Shown here: piece after piece, positions 23,065 through 24,000 of the stretch
Position numbering within the stretch: position 1 is the stretch's first letter
Layout: each line of letters begins with the position of its first letter
Assembly (NCBI GenBank): GCA_040751855.1
Contig: JBFMGA010000003.1
Coordinates: forward strand, 142,026-166,025
Direction of reading: 5' to 3'
Length of the DNA: 24,000 bases
DNA from: Pseudomonadota bacterium
Lineage (GTDB): Bacteria > Pseudomonadota > Gammaproteobacteria > Halothiobacillales > Halothiobacillaceae
Position numbers and translations under genes: made by a program
The notes under the pieces: model-generated
Databases searched by the model: none
The model's input: the letters and a program-made list of their open reading frames with translations, nothing else
Told to the model about the DNA's origin: nothing

Positions 23065-24000
23065 ATGCAGTCTTTGCACGTTGAGCTTGGCGAACGCAGC
23101 TACCCGATTCACATCGGCCATGGGCTGCTTGATAACCCCGACCTGCTGCGCGCCGCCATCAGCGGCAACAGCGCCCTGGTCGTGAGCAACACCACCGTCG
23201 CCCCGCTCTACCGTCATCGTCTGGATGCCGCTCTGGCCGGACTGAAAACCGCCACCGTCATCCTTGAAGACGGCGAAGCCTACAAATCCATCGAAAGCCT
23301 GCAAAAAATATGGGACGCACTGATTGCAGAACGCTTCGACCGCAACACCACGCTCATCGCGCTGGGCGGCGGGGTGATCGGCGACATCACCGGCTTCGCC
23401 GCCGCCAGCTACCAGCGCGGCGTGAACTTCATCCAGATTCCCACCACCCTTCTCTCCCAGGTGGACTCTTCGGTGGGCGGCAAGACCGGCATCAACCATC
23501 CCGGCGGCAAGAACATGCTCGGCGCATTCTGGCAACCGCAAGTGGTGATCGCCGACACCGATACGCTCAATACCCTGCCCGACCGCGAGCTTTCCGCCGG
23601 TCTTGCTGAAGTCATCAAATACGGCCTGATCTACGATGCAGCCTTTTTAAGCTGGATCGAGGAGCACATCGACGCCCTGCGCGCGCGCGCGCCGCAGGCG
23701 CTGGCTTATGCCATTCGCCGCTCCTGCGAAATCAAGGCGGAAGTCGTCTCCCAGGACGAGCGCGAAACAGGCTTGCGCGCCATTTTGAATCTTGGACACA
23801 CCTTCGGTCACGCGATTGAAAATGCTCAGGGCTACGGCAACTGGCTGCACGGCGAGGCCGTCGGCGCAGGCATGTGCATGGCGGCGCGCTTGTCCGAACT
23901 CGAAGGCTGCATCAGCGCCGAGGATGTGGGCAGAACGCGCCGCATCATCCAGCGTGCCGGACTGCCCGCCCACGCCCCGGAAAACATGTCCGAGGAACAG
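23065..24000 (+). CDS. aroB: 3-dehydroquinate synthase, N-terminal 312 codons; the gene runs off the right edge
   Basis: It is absent from the ORF track because there is no stop in the window. ATG 23065 is preceded by AAGGA. The translation is [22 protein letters not shown]...[60 protein letters not shown]...[12 protein letters not shown], carrying the canonical AroB NAD and metal-binding motifs. Confidence 0.92.
   Translation, partial: MQSLHVELGERSYPIHIGHGLLDNPDLLRAAISGNSALVVSNTTVAPLYRHRLDAALAGLKTATVILEDGEAYKSIESLQKIWDALIAERFDRNTTLIALGGGVIGDITGFAAASYQRGVNFIQIPTTLLSQVDSSVGGKTGINHPGGKNMLGAFWQPQVVIADTDTLNTLPDRELSAGLAEVIKYGLIYDAAFLSWIEEHIDALRARAPQALAYAIRRSCEIKAEVVSQDERETGLRAILNLGHTFGHAIENAQGYGNWLHGEAVGAGMCMAARLSELEGCISAEDVGRTRRIIQRAGLPAHAPENMSEEQ

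Noticed and set aside
1-24000. Search by eye for CRISPR arrays, tRNA/rRNA genes, integrases, transposases and toxin-antitoxin pairs
   Set aside because: I found no regularly spaced repeats, no cloverleaf-like or rRNA-like segments, and no ORF with recombinase or transposase motifs. The only repeats found are those listed above.

Overview
This looks like a chromosomal segment of a high-GC proteobacterium, probably a betaproteobacterium judging by gene content and the lipoyl-bearing E3; that call is by eye only. Most of it is housekeeping. On the minus strand: the groES 5' end with a sigma-32 promoter and a CIRCE operator, a REC-REC-degenerate-GGDEF protein, a DUF465 protein, pepN, a secreted DsrE-like protein, and an HPF/RaiA-cold-shock-domain fusion. 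On the plus strand: an alpha/beta hydrolase, a small hypothetical, rdgC, the aceE-aceF-lpdA pyruvate dehydrogenase operon, a TauE/SafE permease, aroK and the aroB 5' part. The centre holds a creB-creC ... creD envelope-stress module on the minus strand. It is interrupted between creC and creD by a clearly lower-GC 2.4-kb single gene (10015-12456). That gene encodes an 813-aa protein I cannot place in any family, apart from a C-terminal SEC-C zinc motif and a tentative PD-(D/E)xK/NERD-like nuclease core. This is the best candidate for an undescribed system. Non-coding structure includes two diverged copies of a roughly 155-bp MITE-like element with terminal inverted repeats, one perfect REPIN-like double palindrome, a 77-nt GT-skewed tract at the insertion junction, and several rho-independent terminators. 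I saw no rRNA, tRNA, CRISPR array, transposase or integrase.
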